A stretch of DNA of 25,829 nucleotides from Candidatus Hadarchaeota archaeon (GCA_964452145.1 CAYVLA010000045.1:1-25829); one strand, 5' to 3'. Numbered from the stretch's first letter, positions 9,962-18,432 are shown. Translations and numbers: made by a program. Notes: generated by a model from the sequence alone, not told the origin.

Positions 9962-11764
9962 TTATCGCCCACGGACAGACTTCCTCGGGCTCCGAAGATC
10001 TCTGAAGTCCAATACTACCTCGTTCCCATTCTTTGATATCCTGTATAGCATGTCTTCCATCTGCTCGGTGAATGGGCTGTCCATGCGTCTGTATGCTGAC
10101 ACGTCAACAATGGTCCGATCTACTTCGGCAATACCCTCCCAGGTAAGCTCCATCCTGCCAGCGCCTTCGGAGTCGTATAGGAAGAGTAGCCTGTCAGGGC
10201 TCCAAGATAGAGTGTTCCCTTTGAGTGCTTCCATAAAGTCTTTGAATCCCCCGTGCTGTTTGGCAGAGCCAGCCTCGCAGACGAGAGCATTTCTCACACC
10301 AAAACTCCTCACCTCCCTGTCCGCCCAAACACCGTATTCGACCCAATAGTGAGGCTCCATCGTGCGAACACCGATGTAGCTCGATCGCCTGCGAACAAAA
10401 ATCCATTGATCCTCATCAACCACCTCATCAAACTCGTGTCTCGGCAGCCAGATATGAATGAAGGGAAGCGGATGGTTGGTCGGGATGTTGTAGATGCACA
10501 TCAGGGCATTTCGGTTCTGGAATGACTGGGGGACAAATCCGTTACCTTGCCAGTATCCGGGACGGGAGTCGACATCGTAATCGCCGGGATGATTGGAGAA
10601 TATGACGGCTCTCTCCCCTAGCGTTGCCTGCCAGATCTGTTCGGTGTAGCCTTGGCGACCGCCGACCAGTTGGGCACAGCTCAGCATATAATCGGCAGTG
10701 CGCATGGTGTAGTGCGCCTGTGCGACCAAAGAGACGGCTCCGGACCGTGGCCCCAGAAGCAGGTCGCGCCTGCTCCGACCTCTGAACCGGTGGATCTCCC
10801 TGTTCACATAGTCTTGGCTTTGATCAACTGCTATGTCAACGATGCAGGCGGGAGGGCGGTAGCCACTTGTCCCTTGGAATAGCGCCGACATGCAGTTCTT
10901 GCCGACATGTGTTTCACCCGTGCCAAAAAGTAGGTACTGAAGTGAACGTGCATGGCTTAGCGCCATGTTCTGCCTTTGCTCAGAGTATGTTCTCCCACTC
11001 GCGCTGCAGTGGTTCCCCTCAAAGCTGTCGACCACCACATCGGCGAGGATGAGATCAATCGTCATCTCAGCGGCCCTTCTTAGGGTTCTGTCTTCGGCGA
11101 AATCATGGACGTTGTAGAGAGCGGCGAGATCCATCCCGTAGTAGGCATCTGAGTCCCACTCCTCAAAGCCCTGGAGCCGATCATCGATCCATGACCAGAT
11201 GTACTCTAGCGCCCCATCCAAATGTTCCGAAGGTGTCCGGCCATCTTTGAAGACTCCGTCCATCCAGGTTTGCGCAGAGAGAAATTCGGAGGTTGCGAAG
11301 AGTATGTTATGGTTCTCCGACATTCCTCCCCGGGGGTATTCGAAGTCGAGGCACACTTTTCGGACTTCTTCCCAGTCAACGCTGCATGCATCCTCCCTGT
11401 ACCTGAGATAGGCGCGCAGCAAGCCCGCAACTCTGAAATCGCTCACATCGCCTCCCAGAGACATTCCATTCTGTTTGTGGAGATCCCGGTACACATCCTG
11501 CACGGATTTCCGAATCAGAGCCCCTGCCTTCTCGAATTGGTTCAGATGGAGAAGGGCTAAGAAGTAACCTGCCGCCCCCCTGAAGTCTCCGAACCGGGTG
11601 GGAATGGGCGTGTCAGCGGCAGCGGCAACGTAGTGAAAGATCTCATTTCTTCTCTCAACGTAACCATCCTCTCCCTGGCGCGCCTCTGATCCGTCTTGTC
11701 CGTTTCCACCCCTCTCACCGCCTCGAAAGCCACTTCCGCCATCTTCACAACTTCTCGCTCTCAT
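9962..11764 (-). CDS. Conserved hypothetical protein, heparinase II/III-like (helical barrel plus beta-sandwich) candidate polysaccharide lyase
   Basis: 600-aa ORF. SENHNILF, FEEWDSDAYY, FSNHPG...RPGYWQGNG blocks. Helical N-half and beta-rich C-half. The low-complexity N-terminus makes the start uncertain. Confidence 0.6.
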   Translation of the reverse strand: MRARSCEDGGSGFRGGERGGNGQDGSEARQGEDGYVERRNEIFHYVAAAADTPIPTRFGDFRGAAGYFLALLHLNQFEKAGALIRKSVQDVYRDLHKQNGMSLGGDVSDFRVAGLLRAYLRYREDACSVDWEEVRKVCLDFEYPRGGMSENHNILFATSEFLSAQTWMDGVFKDGRTPSEHLDGALEYIWSWIDDRLQGFEEWDSDAYYGMDLAALYNVHDFAEDRTLRRAAEMTIDLILADVVVDSFEGNHCSASGRTYSEQRQNMALSHARSLQYLLFGTGETHVGKNCMSALFQGTSGYRPPACIVDIAVDQSQDYVNREIHRFRGRSRRDLLLGPRSGAVSLVAQAHYTMRTADYMLSCAQLVGGRQGYTEQIWQATLGERAVIFSNHPGDYDVDSRPGYWQGNGFVPQSFQNRNALMCIYNIPTNHPLPFIHIWLPRHEFDEVVDEDQWIFVRRRSSYIGVRTMEPHYWVEYGVWADREVRSFGVRNALVCEAGSAKQHGGFKDFMEALKGNTLSWSPDRLLFLYDSEGAGRMELTWEGIAEVDRTIVDVSAYRRMDSPFTEQMEDMLYRISKNGNEVVLDFRDLRSPRKSVRGR

Positions 11765-11928
11765 TTCAGCTTCCTCGCAAGATGCCGTTTCCTTTTCGAA
11801 GGAGTTGCCCCTGGTCTAGAGCCTCTCTCCAACGGGAAGACCTTTCTCCACCTCCTGTCCGCCTCAAGGATAAGACATGCCGAGACGAAGATGAACGTGT
11901 CCAACACGATCACGGCCCTAACGGACAT
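11761..11928 (-). CDS. Possible 55-aa small membrane protein
   Basis: MSVRAVIVLDTFIFVSACLIL followed by a very basic tail. Its TGA overlaps the next ATG (ATGA at 11761-11764). Confidence 0.35.
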   Translation of the reverse strand: MSVRAVIVLDTFIFVSACLILEADRRWRKVFPLERGSRPGATPSKRKRHLARKLK

Positions 11929-12100
11929 CCGAGGCGCACCCACACACACACAAACACTAGCCCAAAAAGTGCTCAATGGACAAACCCGATACGAATCCCG
12001 AAGCCCACAGTCGCCGCACGAGATACTCCCAGACTTTCCACTCCACACTCCACTAACTATTGCTGTCACGACCTTTCAGTTCCCGCCAGTTGCTTCTAGG

Positions 12101-12136
12101 AGGAACCTGGTTACCACTGTTACCGTGGAGGTTCCT
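12101..12136. terminator. Stem-loop downstream of A2
   Basis: AGGAACCT (12101-12108) / AGGTTCCT (12129-12136) with an inner CCAC/GTGG pair, about 50 nt past the A2 stop. Confidence 0.3.
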
Positions 12137-12184
12137 GGACAGCTTCTTGTCGCCTCTTGGTAGGCCGCAAGAACCATTCTCCAT

Positions 12185-13516
12185 CTATCTCGATGCATAC
12201 TTGGTGGTTGCCACCTCTTTGTACAGCCTTCTCCTGACCATCAACAGGTTCAGAATGATGCCGCTCGCTAGGAACGTTCCGACCACTGTGAACCACTCGA
12301 TGAGATAGATCCAGATCATCACCGACTTCTGAAGCTTCTTCGCATCCTCGAGAATCTTACCCATACCTGACACCGCCAATTCAAGAACATCTCTGCTCTC
12401 CTCGTATCGCCCCTCCAGATACAAACTCGTAGATTCCCCCCGCACCCCCTCAACCTCCCCAATTGACTTCTCCAATTTGAGGGTATTGCCACCCAGCTTC
12501 GAGATGAAGTCCAAGTAATTATAGACAAACTCCTTCTCCGATGTATAGATCTGTAGCCTCTCCCTGATCACATGCGGAAGATAGATATTCTCGGGCATCG
12601 GCACACCCGCGGAATAGTACATTAGATACGTGATGAAATCAGGATACCACTTCCACTTCAGAATCCTAGCAGTGCCCCCCGACGCGAAGACCGCCGTATA
12701 GGCCAGACTCGACCCGTTCCCTATATCCCAGTATGCTATCAGAGGATACCTCTCATCCCCGTATACCGCCTCAGCGATCCTCCTAGATCCAGGCCTGAAA
12801 AGCACCGCATTCAGAGGCTCATCAAAATGTGGCCTGGGAGCAGTATCCCAAGGAAGCCTCGACAACCCAATAACATCCTCCAAGAACTCCACAAACTTAG
12901 GTGTCCCGGCATCGGCCCAAGTGCCCCCGCGGGATTTGAGTCCTCGAACCCCACCCGGTATGATCTCCACCGAGAGGATGTCCGCAACGGGGGTGTCCTC
13001 CCACGACATGTAGTATGCTCCCAAGCCGGCGCCGAACGATGCATCCCCGCCGTACATATCGAAAGCCTTCCCGCCCTCGATGACGTACCTCTTCAACCAG
13101 GAAAGGAAGATGGGCTCGAAGTTGTGCAGCCCGTCAAGGCCCAGGGGAGCTTCCTGGAAAACCGTAACGTCGTTTGCCAGCAGCTGCTCATAGGTCCTCG
13201 GGAAATAGACCCTTGCAGCTCGTCGAACGGCCTCGACCAAGCCACCGGTCAGCTGCTGTCTGCCCACGATCGGTATTGCCTGCATGATTATCATGGGATC
13301 GTTAACAAGCGCACCGGACACATGTCCTCCTCCACCTGCAGCGTAGTTCCTGCTGTAGCATGCCACCCTGATTCTTCCCTCAGGCGGAACCTTGCCCGCG
13401 ACAATCGAGAGGCTGTTAGCACAAGCAAGAAGCACGATAACGACACAGCAGGCCATGGGGCGTCGCGACGGTGGCATGCCTTCCTCATCCCGCATACTCA
13501 AGTTCCCAACCCACAT
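12185..13516 (-). CDS. Family A membrane protein (A2)
   Basis: Hydrophobic signal (CCVVIVLLACA). EGGKAFDMYGGDASFG...WEDTPVADILSV. C-terminal TM plus RRRLYKEVATT. The start could be 13516, 13495 or 13477. Confidence 0.85.
   Translation of the reverse strand: MWVGNLSMRDEEGMPPSRRPMACCVVIVLLACANSLSIVAGKVPPEGRIRVACYSRNYAAGGGGHVSGALVNDPMIIMQAIPIVGRQQLTGGLVEAVRRAARVYFPRTYEQLLANDVTVFQEAPLGLDGLHNFEPIFLSWLKRYVIEGGKAFDMYGGDASFGAGLGAYYMSWEDTPVADILSVEIIPGGVRGLKSRGGTWADAGTPKFVEFLEDVIGLSRLPWDTAPRPHFDEPLNAVLFRPGSRRIAEAVYGDERYPLIAYWDIGNGSSLAYTAVFASGGTARILKWKWYPDFITYLMYYSAGVPMPENIYLPHVIRERLQIYTSEKEFVYNYLDFISKLGGNTLKLEKSIGEVEGVRGESTSLYLEGRYEESRDVLELAVSGMGKILEDAKKLQKSVMIWIYLIEWFTVVGTFLASGIILNLLMVRRRLYKEVATTKYASR
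12210..12901. repeat. 692-bp direct repeat, copy 1 (3' half of A2)
   Basis: Matches 15517-16208 at a constant offset of 3307. The encoded peptide PKFVEF...LYKEVA is identical, as is the alternative-frame ORF (12319-12528 = 15626-15835). No mismatch seen by eye. Confidence 0.95.
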
Positions 13517-13604
13517 TACCTCGCCCTCACAAAAGGAATCCGCAGCGAAGGTCTGCGCTTTCCGTGTCCTGCACCACTAACTCAGAATGTACGCCTGAAG
13601 ACGT

Positions 13605-13616
13605 CAACATATGTTG
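13605..13616. promoter_or_regulatory. Palindrome CAACATATGTTG upstream of A2, candidate transcription factor site
   Basis: Perfect 12-bp palindrome in the C2-A2 spacer. The core CAACATATG recurs at 18424-18432 and 24405-24413. Confidence 0.5.
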
Positions 13617-13644
13617 GCTCAACGCATCTCATCTCCAGGAATTC

Positions 13645-14646
13645 CTAGCTCTTGATGAACTTGAGGTATGTCACCAATATCGCCACCACTCCTCCGAGGT
13701 TCATCAAAACTCTGGCAAGCAGGTTGAGCATCCTTCTCGAGTGCTGGGCCTTTTCTGCCTCGTCCCTTACAATCGTGTCCCCATCCCTTGCTGCTTTCAA
13801 CGAATCAAGGGTCTCCTGGACGAGCAGGTCGGTCCGCATTTCGTGTTCCTTGACCCATGCCACCGCGTTGAGGAGAAGAGCCGCGAAGGTGTCGTCGAAA
13901 AAGAGGTTGCCGAAGTACTTGAGCTTGTTGGCGGGCGAGTCATCGATATCGCCGCCCGCAAACGTGACCGAGCAGCCTTCGTTTCGATACGCAACGACGG
14001 TCGGGGCACCGTAGACCGTGTCCCTGTACAGCGCCCAATACTCTCCACTAGCCGGGGTCGCGTTGGCCCATCTCCTGGTCTTCTTGTCGAGGGCCAAGTT
14101 GATCTCAGCGTCCTTTACCACAAGCTCCTGAGGCAGGTATTCGTTTATCTCGTTGATCTGGTCACGGACCAGTGTTTGGACGAGGTAGCCCTCTGTCATC
14201 CTCCCCAACGTACTCACGTTTGCGTACAAGGGGAAGACCCTCGTTGCAAGGGCTCCTGAAACCAGAGCGTTCCCGAGATCGTGGAAACCCACCAAACCCC
14301 CGCCCTCCTCGAAGTATGACAGGATCTGCCTCTCTGCCCCAAGGATCACAGCAGCGTTCTGGCCCATCAGGATCGCCGTCTTGACGTTAGGGTATAGCAG
14401 TGCCACCGCAAGACAGTCGGTCGAGTTTATCGTTATCACCTTCTCATCAACCCTCGGGTCCTGCTCCAGTAGGGTGGCGATCTGGGTCCTCCACTGCGGT
14501 AGATCCACGCCATAGATCAAGACCACTGGCTCGACCTCGGCGGTTACGACCGAGAGACAACCAAGGGGAACTGCCAAGGCCAGCAGTAACCAAAGGCTAC
14601 CCTGCTTCTGCATATCCTGAAACACACGCAATCTCAGCTTCGTCAT
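13645..14646 (-). CDS. Family C membrane protein (C2): signal peptide, ThuA-like domain, stalk, C-terminal TM
   Basis: ATG 14646 overlaps the B2 stop (ATGA). Signal LWLLLALAVPLGCLSVVTA. YFEEGGGLVGFHDLG, EINLA and YFGNLFFD are shared with C1. C-terminal TM VLMNLGGVVAILVTYL. Confidence 0.85.
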   Translation of the reverse strand: MTKLRLRVFQDMQKQGSLWLLLALAVPLGCLSVVTAEVEPVVLIYGVDLPQWRTQIATLLEQDPRVDEKVITINSTDCLAVALLYPNVKTAILMGQNAAVILGAERQILSYFEEGGGLVGFHDLGNALVSGALATRVFPLYANVSTLGRMTEGYLVQTLVRDQINEINEYLPQELVVKDAEINLALDKKTRRWANATPASGEYWALYRDTVYGAPTVVAYRNEGCSVTFAGGDIDDSPANKLKYFGNLFFDDTFAALLLNAVAWVKEHEMRTDLLVQETLDSLKAARDGDTIVRDEAEKAQHSRRMLNLLARVLMNLGGVVAILVTYLKFIKS

Positions 14647-15476
14647 CCAGCAGCCCCCGCAACCCAGTTGACCTGACACACCTGGCGCACCGTGTCCACG
14701 TATACCCGAACCACCTGGAGAGAGTGCCTCTCAGGCGAGTAGCCAGTCTCGACGGTGAATGTCACCCTGACCGCAGTGCCCTTGGCTGGTTTGTGGAAGA
14801 CCACCATGCCCAGCTTTGGCCCTTCCGCCAGCGAGGGTGCCTTGTACGCGGAGGCGAGGCCAGCCTCGTAGTACTCCTGTTTTGACTCGTCAGCCATCAG
14901 CGAGAGATGAATCATCCTTGCTCCGGTTCGGTTCTGGAACATGAATCCCGAAACGCCCTTGTAGTATCCCTTCAGCGCCCCGCTGGAGTTCAAGACGAAG
15001 GCAAAGGTGGTCAGGGTCTCGCTGTGTTTTCGGAGTTGGCCCGTGGCGTTAAGGAGCCTGGTGAAATCGTAGATAACAACTCGCAGGCTCTCACCGGCGA
15101 TCTGCGTCTCCGTATCCACAACTTCCGGCGGTTCGTCCCACAGCAGAGACAGATCCAATAGCGGCTCGATCTCGCCCATGTACATCTGGGTCTGGTTTGC
15201 GTCCTCCGGCACCAGACCCACAGGAGGAGGCGCACTTGACACAAGGTACGAGAACCTGAACTCAAGTCTTTGCACGGGTTTTGTCACGATGCCCCCCACC
15301 GTGAATGCCTTGTTCTCGCCCGATACTATCTGATCAAAGGTCCCAGGAAACCTGTTCTCGAGCAGCTGAAAAGATTGCCGTCCCACCTTGACTGTGTTGA
15401 GGACTACCAACGACCCGGCTATCAAAGCTATGATGGTGATCCCCAGATAGCTGCTTCTATCCTTGCTGGCCTTCAA
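14643..15476 (-). CDS. Family B membrane-anchored protein (B2)
   Basis: TTG start 9 nt after the A3 stop. N-terminal TM YLGITIIALIAGSLVVL. Colinear with B1 (NRFP, IYDF, ETLTT, YYKGVSGF, LQVVRVYVD). Confidence 0.85.
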   Translation of the reverse strand: MKASKDRSSYLGITIIALIAGSLVVLNTVKVGRQSFQLLENRFPGTFDQIVSGENKAFTVGGIVTKPVQRLEFRFSYLVSSAPPPVGLVPEDANQTQMYMGEIEPLLDLSLLWDEPPEVVDTETQIAGESLRVVIYDFTRLLNATGQLRKHSETLTTFAFVLNSSGALKGYYKGVSGFMFQNRTGARMIHLSLMADESKQEYYEAGLASAYKAPSLAEGPKLGMVVFHKPAKGTAVRVTFTVETGYSPERHSLQVVRVYVDTVRQVCQVNWVAGAAG

Positions 15477-15485
15477 ACCAAACCC

Positions 15486-16802
15486 TCATCTTCTGTCCTG
15501 TGCCGTCCTTGTTGTGGCCACCTCTTTGTACAGCCTTCTCCTGACCATCAACAGGTTCAGAATGATGCCGCTCGCTAGGAACGTTCCGACCACTGTGAAC
15601 CACTCGATGAGATAGATCCAGATCATCACCGACTTCTGAAGCTTCTTCGCATCCTCGAGAATCTTACCCATACCTGACACCGCCAATTCAAGAACATCTC
15701 TGCTCTCCTCGTATCGCCCCTCCAGATACAAACTCGTAGATTCCCCCCGCACCCCCTCAACCTCCCCAATTGACTTCTCCAATTTGAGGGTATTGCCACC
15801 CAGCTTCGAGATGAAGTCCAAGTAATTATAGACAAACTCCTTCTCCGATGTATAGATCTGTAGCCTCTCCCTGATCACATGCGGAAGATAGATATTCTCG
15901 GGCATCGGCACACCCGCGGAATAGTACATTAGATACGTGATGAAATCAGGATACCACTTCCACTTCAGAATCCTAGCAGTGCCCCCCGACGCGAAGACCG
16001 CCGTATAGGCCAGACTCGACCCGTTCCCTATATCCCAGTATGCTATCAGAGGATACCTCTCATCCCCGTATACCGCCTCAGCGATCCTCCTAGATCCAGG
16101 CCTGAAAAGCACCGCATTCAGAGGCTCATCAAAATGTGGCCTGGGAGCAGTATCCCAAGGAAGCCTCGACAACCCAATAACATCCTCCAAGAACTCCACA
16201 AACTTAGGCGTTCCAGCCTCGGCCGGCCTGCCTCCCGCAGCCCTCATCGCCCGGTTTCCTCCTGGGAATATCTCCACGGGCAACACCTCGGCCACGGGAG
16301 TGCCCTCCCATGAGGGATAATACCACTGTACCCCTGCACCGAACGATGCATCCCCGCCGTACATATCTAGGCCCTTCCCTCCCTCGGTCACATACCTCTT
16401 GCACCATTGAAGGAAATTCGGCTCAAAGTTGGTGTAAGCCGCGGTCTGTAGTGGAGCTTCCTGGAATATGGTTACGTCGTTTCTGAGCATCTGCTCATAC
16501 GTCCTGGCGAAGTATATCCTCCCAGCCCGTCGAACCGCCTCTGCTGTCACGAGGCCACCGAGGACGGCTTCCCCTATCACCGGTATGGGTTGCATGATTA
16601 TCATGGGATCGTTAACAAGCGCACCGGAGACGTGTCCTCCTCCGCCCGCAGAAGCATAGCTTCTGCTATAGCATGCGACCCTGATCTGACCCTGCGGGTG
16701 GTCTTTCCCCGGTGCGGCAACGATGGAAGCCAAGAGAAGTGCAACCGACGCCGTGACAACCATGATCTGACACGCATTCGGCTTCATGCCGTCAGTCCTC
16801 AC
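15486..16802 (-). CDS. Family A membrane protein (A3)
   Basis: Signal IMVVTASVALLLASIVAA. GATase1-like signature. C-terminal ~230 aa identical to A2. Start GTG 16802 or ATG 16787. Confidence 0.87.
   Translation of the reverse strand: MRTDGMKPNACQIMVVTASVALLLASIVAAPGKDHPQGQIRVACYSRSYASAGGGGHVSGALVNDPMIIMQPIPVIGEAVLGGLVTAEAVRRAGRIYFARTYEQMLRNDVTIFQEAPLQTAAYTNFEPNFLQWCKRYVTEGGKGLDMYGGDASFGAGVQWYYPSWEGTPVAEVLPVEIFPGGNRAMRAAGGRPAEAGTPKFVEFLEDVIGLSRLPWDTAPRPHFDEPLNAVLFRPGSRRIAEAVYGDERYPLIAYWDIGNGSSLAYTAVFASGGTARILKWKWYPDFITYLMYYSAGVPMPENIYLPHVIRERLQIYTSEKEFVYNYLDFISKLGGNTLKLEKSIGEVEGVRGESTSLYLEGRYEESRDVLELAVSGMGKILEDAKKLQKSVMIWIYLIEWFTVVGTFLASGIILNLLMVRRRLYKEVATTRTAQDRR
15517..16208. repeat. 692-bp direct repeat, copy 2 (3' half of A3)
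   Basis: Same sequence as 12210-12901. Confidence 0.95.
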
Positions 16803-16844
16803 TGCCCATTCCTTCGCTTCCCTAGTGTCGTAACTCTGAAGAAG

Positions 16845-16873
16845 TCGAGGAGGGGTGAGAAGACCCTCCTCGA
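16845..16873 (-). terminator. Strong hairpin between the FG-GAP gene and A3 (terminator, attenuator or RNA-stabilising stem)
   Basis: TCGAGGAGGG (16845-16854) / CCCTCCTCGA (16864-16873), a perfect 10-bp stem with a 9-nt loop, 10 nt after the FG-GAP stop. Followed by CTTCTT on the minus strand. Confidence 0.6.
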
Positions 16874-16883
16874 TCTGTATGGC

Positions 16884-18323
16884 CTATCGGTCTCTGCCCT
16901 TTGCCGCAGAGCGGTAGCTTCTCTCGGCAATGGCGAGGAGTAGCATTCCGAGCATCTGCATGATCGGCATCTGTGCTACCGAAAATATCCCACTGTTGAG
17001 TGGATCGCGGCTCTGCATCCCCCAGGCTATGTAGTTCTCCGGACACGGCGTAAATGTTCCGTAGCAGAGAATATTCTTCGCATCGTGGAAGACCAGATCG
17101 ATCCTGCCGTCCCCATCCATATCGGCGATGCACCCAATGCCTCGGACTACTGTGGGCAACGTCAAGTTCCACAGCACCTCTCCTGTGGAGCCCTTGAGCA
17201 CATAGGCAAAGCCACCCGCAGGGGCCTCGCAGCCTATCAGCAGATCCGGCAGACCATCTCCGTCCAGATCCCCTATCGCTGGGCTTAGCTTGGCAAACTT
17301 TCCCAGGGAGGTGAAGTTCCAGAGCAGCGAGCCGTCCTCAATATTGGTACATAGGAGCCAGGTCAGCACAGGATCCGCGCCTGTAGCGCTTTGCTCCGTA
17401 TGGACGATCTCCAGGATGCCGTCACCGTCGAAGTCCGCTGCCGCCAGGTTGCTGTAGCCCGTCCTTCTGCCTTCAAACTGCCATAGGAACGTTACATTGG
17501 CCGAGAGGGTAGTCGTGTCCGGATAGAAGCAGGTAACCCCGTAAGCACCCATCACTATGAGATCTTTGAGCCCATCATTATTGACATCTGTGACGATAAA
17601 CGTTCCATCCGCTATCCCACCATTGAGCATCTCCCACTTGAGTTCACCGTTCCTTCCGTCAAGCACCCAGCCAGGGCCTGTATGATAGTAGATCACCTCG
17701 AGTATCCCGTCGCCATCCATATCCGTGACAGAGACGGGCGCCTTGTAGTTCTTCGGAGTTATATTGAAGTGCGCGGAGAACGCCTGCGATACCCATACAA
17801 TATCGCCCGTCCTCCCATCGAAGGCCGTCACATTGCTCTCATACCGAGGGGCAAAAATGACCTCTTTCCTCCCATCTCCATCGATATCTGCAACAGCAGG
17901 TGTATTGCTCCACTCTGACTTCATACAATATCCTGAGTGCTTCCATAGGAGCCCCCCTGTGGGTCCGTTGAGGGCGATAATCTCCCCGGCAGCAGCGTCC
18001 CATGTCACGAAGACGACTTCGAGCATTCCGTCATCGTTGATATCATCGATGATCACTGTACCGTAGTTCCGGATAGGGCCGTACTTCCACAGCTGGCGGC
18101 CCGAGGGCCCGGAAAACGCACACATCCACTTCTTGCCCTCCGCGTCCTGGATACCAACGACAACGTCATTGAATCCGTCCAGATCCAGATCCCCGACCGC
18201 CGGAGATCCGTCCCAGATTGAGGGCGCCGAGACATTCCACTTCAGAGTGAATGTCGGCGCCGCTTGAGACATAGCAAGCCACGCTACCAACGTGCCCAAG
18301 ACCAACGCTTCTTTCCTCATCAC
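16884..18323 (-). CDS. Exported FG-GAP/VCBS-repeat beta-propeller protein with C-terminal membrane anchor
   Basis: Signal peptide (MRKEALVLGTLVAWLAMSQA). Eight DxDxDG-type Ca-binding loops (e.g. GDLDLDGFND, ADIDGDGRKE, GDLDGDGLPD) alternating with G..LW blades. WGMQSRDPLNSG closure. C-terminal hydrophobic segment and basic tail. Confidence 0.92.
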   Translation of the reverse strand: MMRKEALVLGTLVAWLAMSQAAPTFTLKWNVSAPSIWDGSPAVGDLDLDGFNDVVVGIQDAEGKKWMCAFSGPSGRQLWKYGPIRNYGTVIIDDINDDGMLEVVFVTWDAAAGEIIALNGPTGGLLWKHSGYCMKSEWSNTPAVADIDGDGRKEVIFAPRYESNVTAFDGRTGDIVWVSQAFSAHFNITPKNYKAPVSVTDMDGDGILEVIYYHTGPGWVLDGRNGELKWEMLNGGIADGTFIVTDVNNDGLKDLIVMGAYGVTCFYPDTTTLSANVTFLWQFEGRRTGYSNLAAADFDGDGILEIVHTEQSATGADPVLTWLLCTNIEDGSLLWNFTSLGKFAKLSPAIGDLDGDGLPDLLIGCEAPAGGFAYVLKGSTGEVLWNLTLPTVVRGIGCIADMDGDGRIDLVFHDAKNILCYGTFTPCPENYIAWGMQSRDPLNSGIFSVAQMPIMQMLGMLLLAIAERSYRSAAKGRDR

Positions 18324-18408
18324 ACCAACCTCGCTTCCGATTCCGCTTTGGTTTCTAGAGTCGCAAGGACTCAGACAATTCTATAGTGACGGCACAACGC
18401 CCCTAACC

Positions 18409-18432
18409 TATTTAAATATATCGCATATGTTG
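18409..18432 (-). promoter_or_regulatory. TATA box of the FG-GAP/A-B-C unit with adjacent CAACATATG motif
   Basis: The minus strand reads CAACATATG-CGA-TATATTTAAATA, about 85 nt before the start. One of the most AT-rich stretches noticed. Confidence 0.6.

Noticed and set aside
12185..16802. Diversity-generating retroelement explanation for A2/A3
   Set aside because: No reverse transcriptase and no non-coding template in the window. The differences include indels and are not adenine-specific.
16821..16828. CCTAGTGT matches to the MITE end (also at 22374)
   Set aside because: Only 8 bp, with no partner inverted repeat; compatible with chance.
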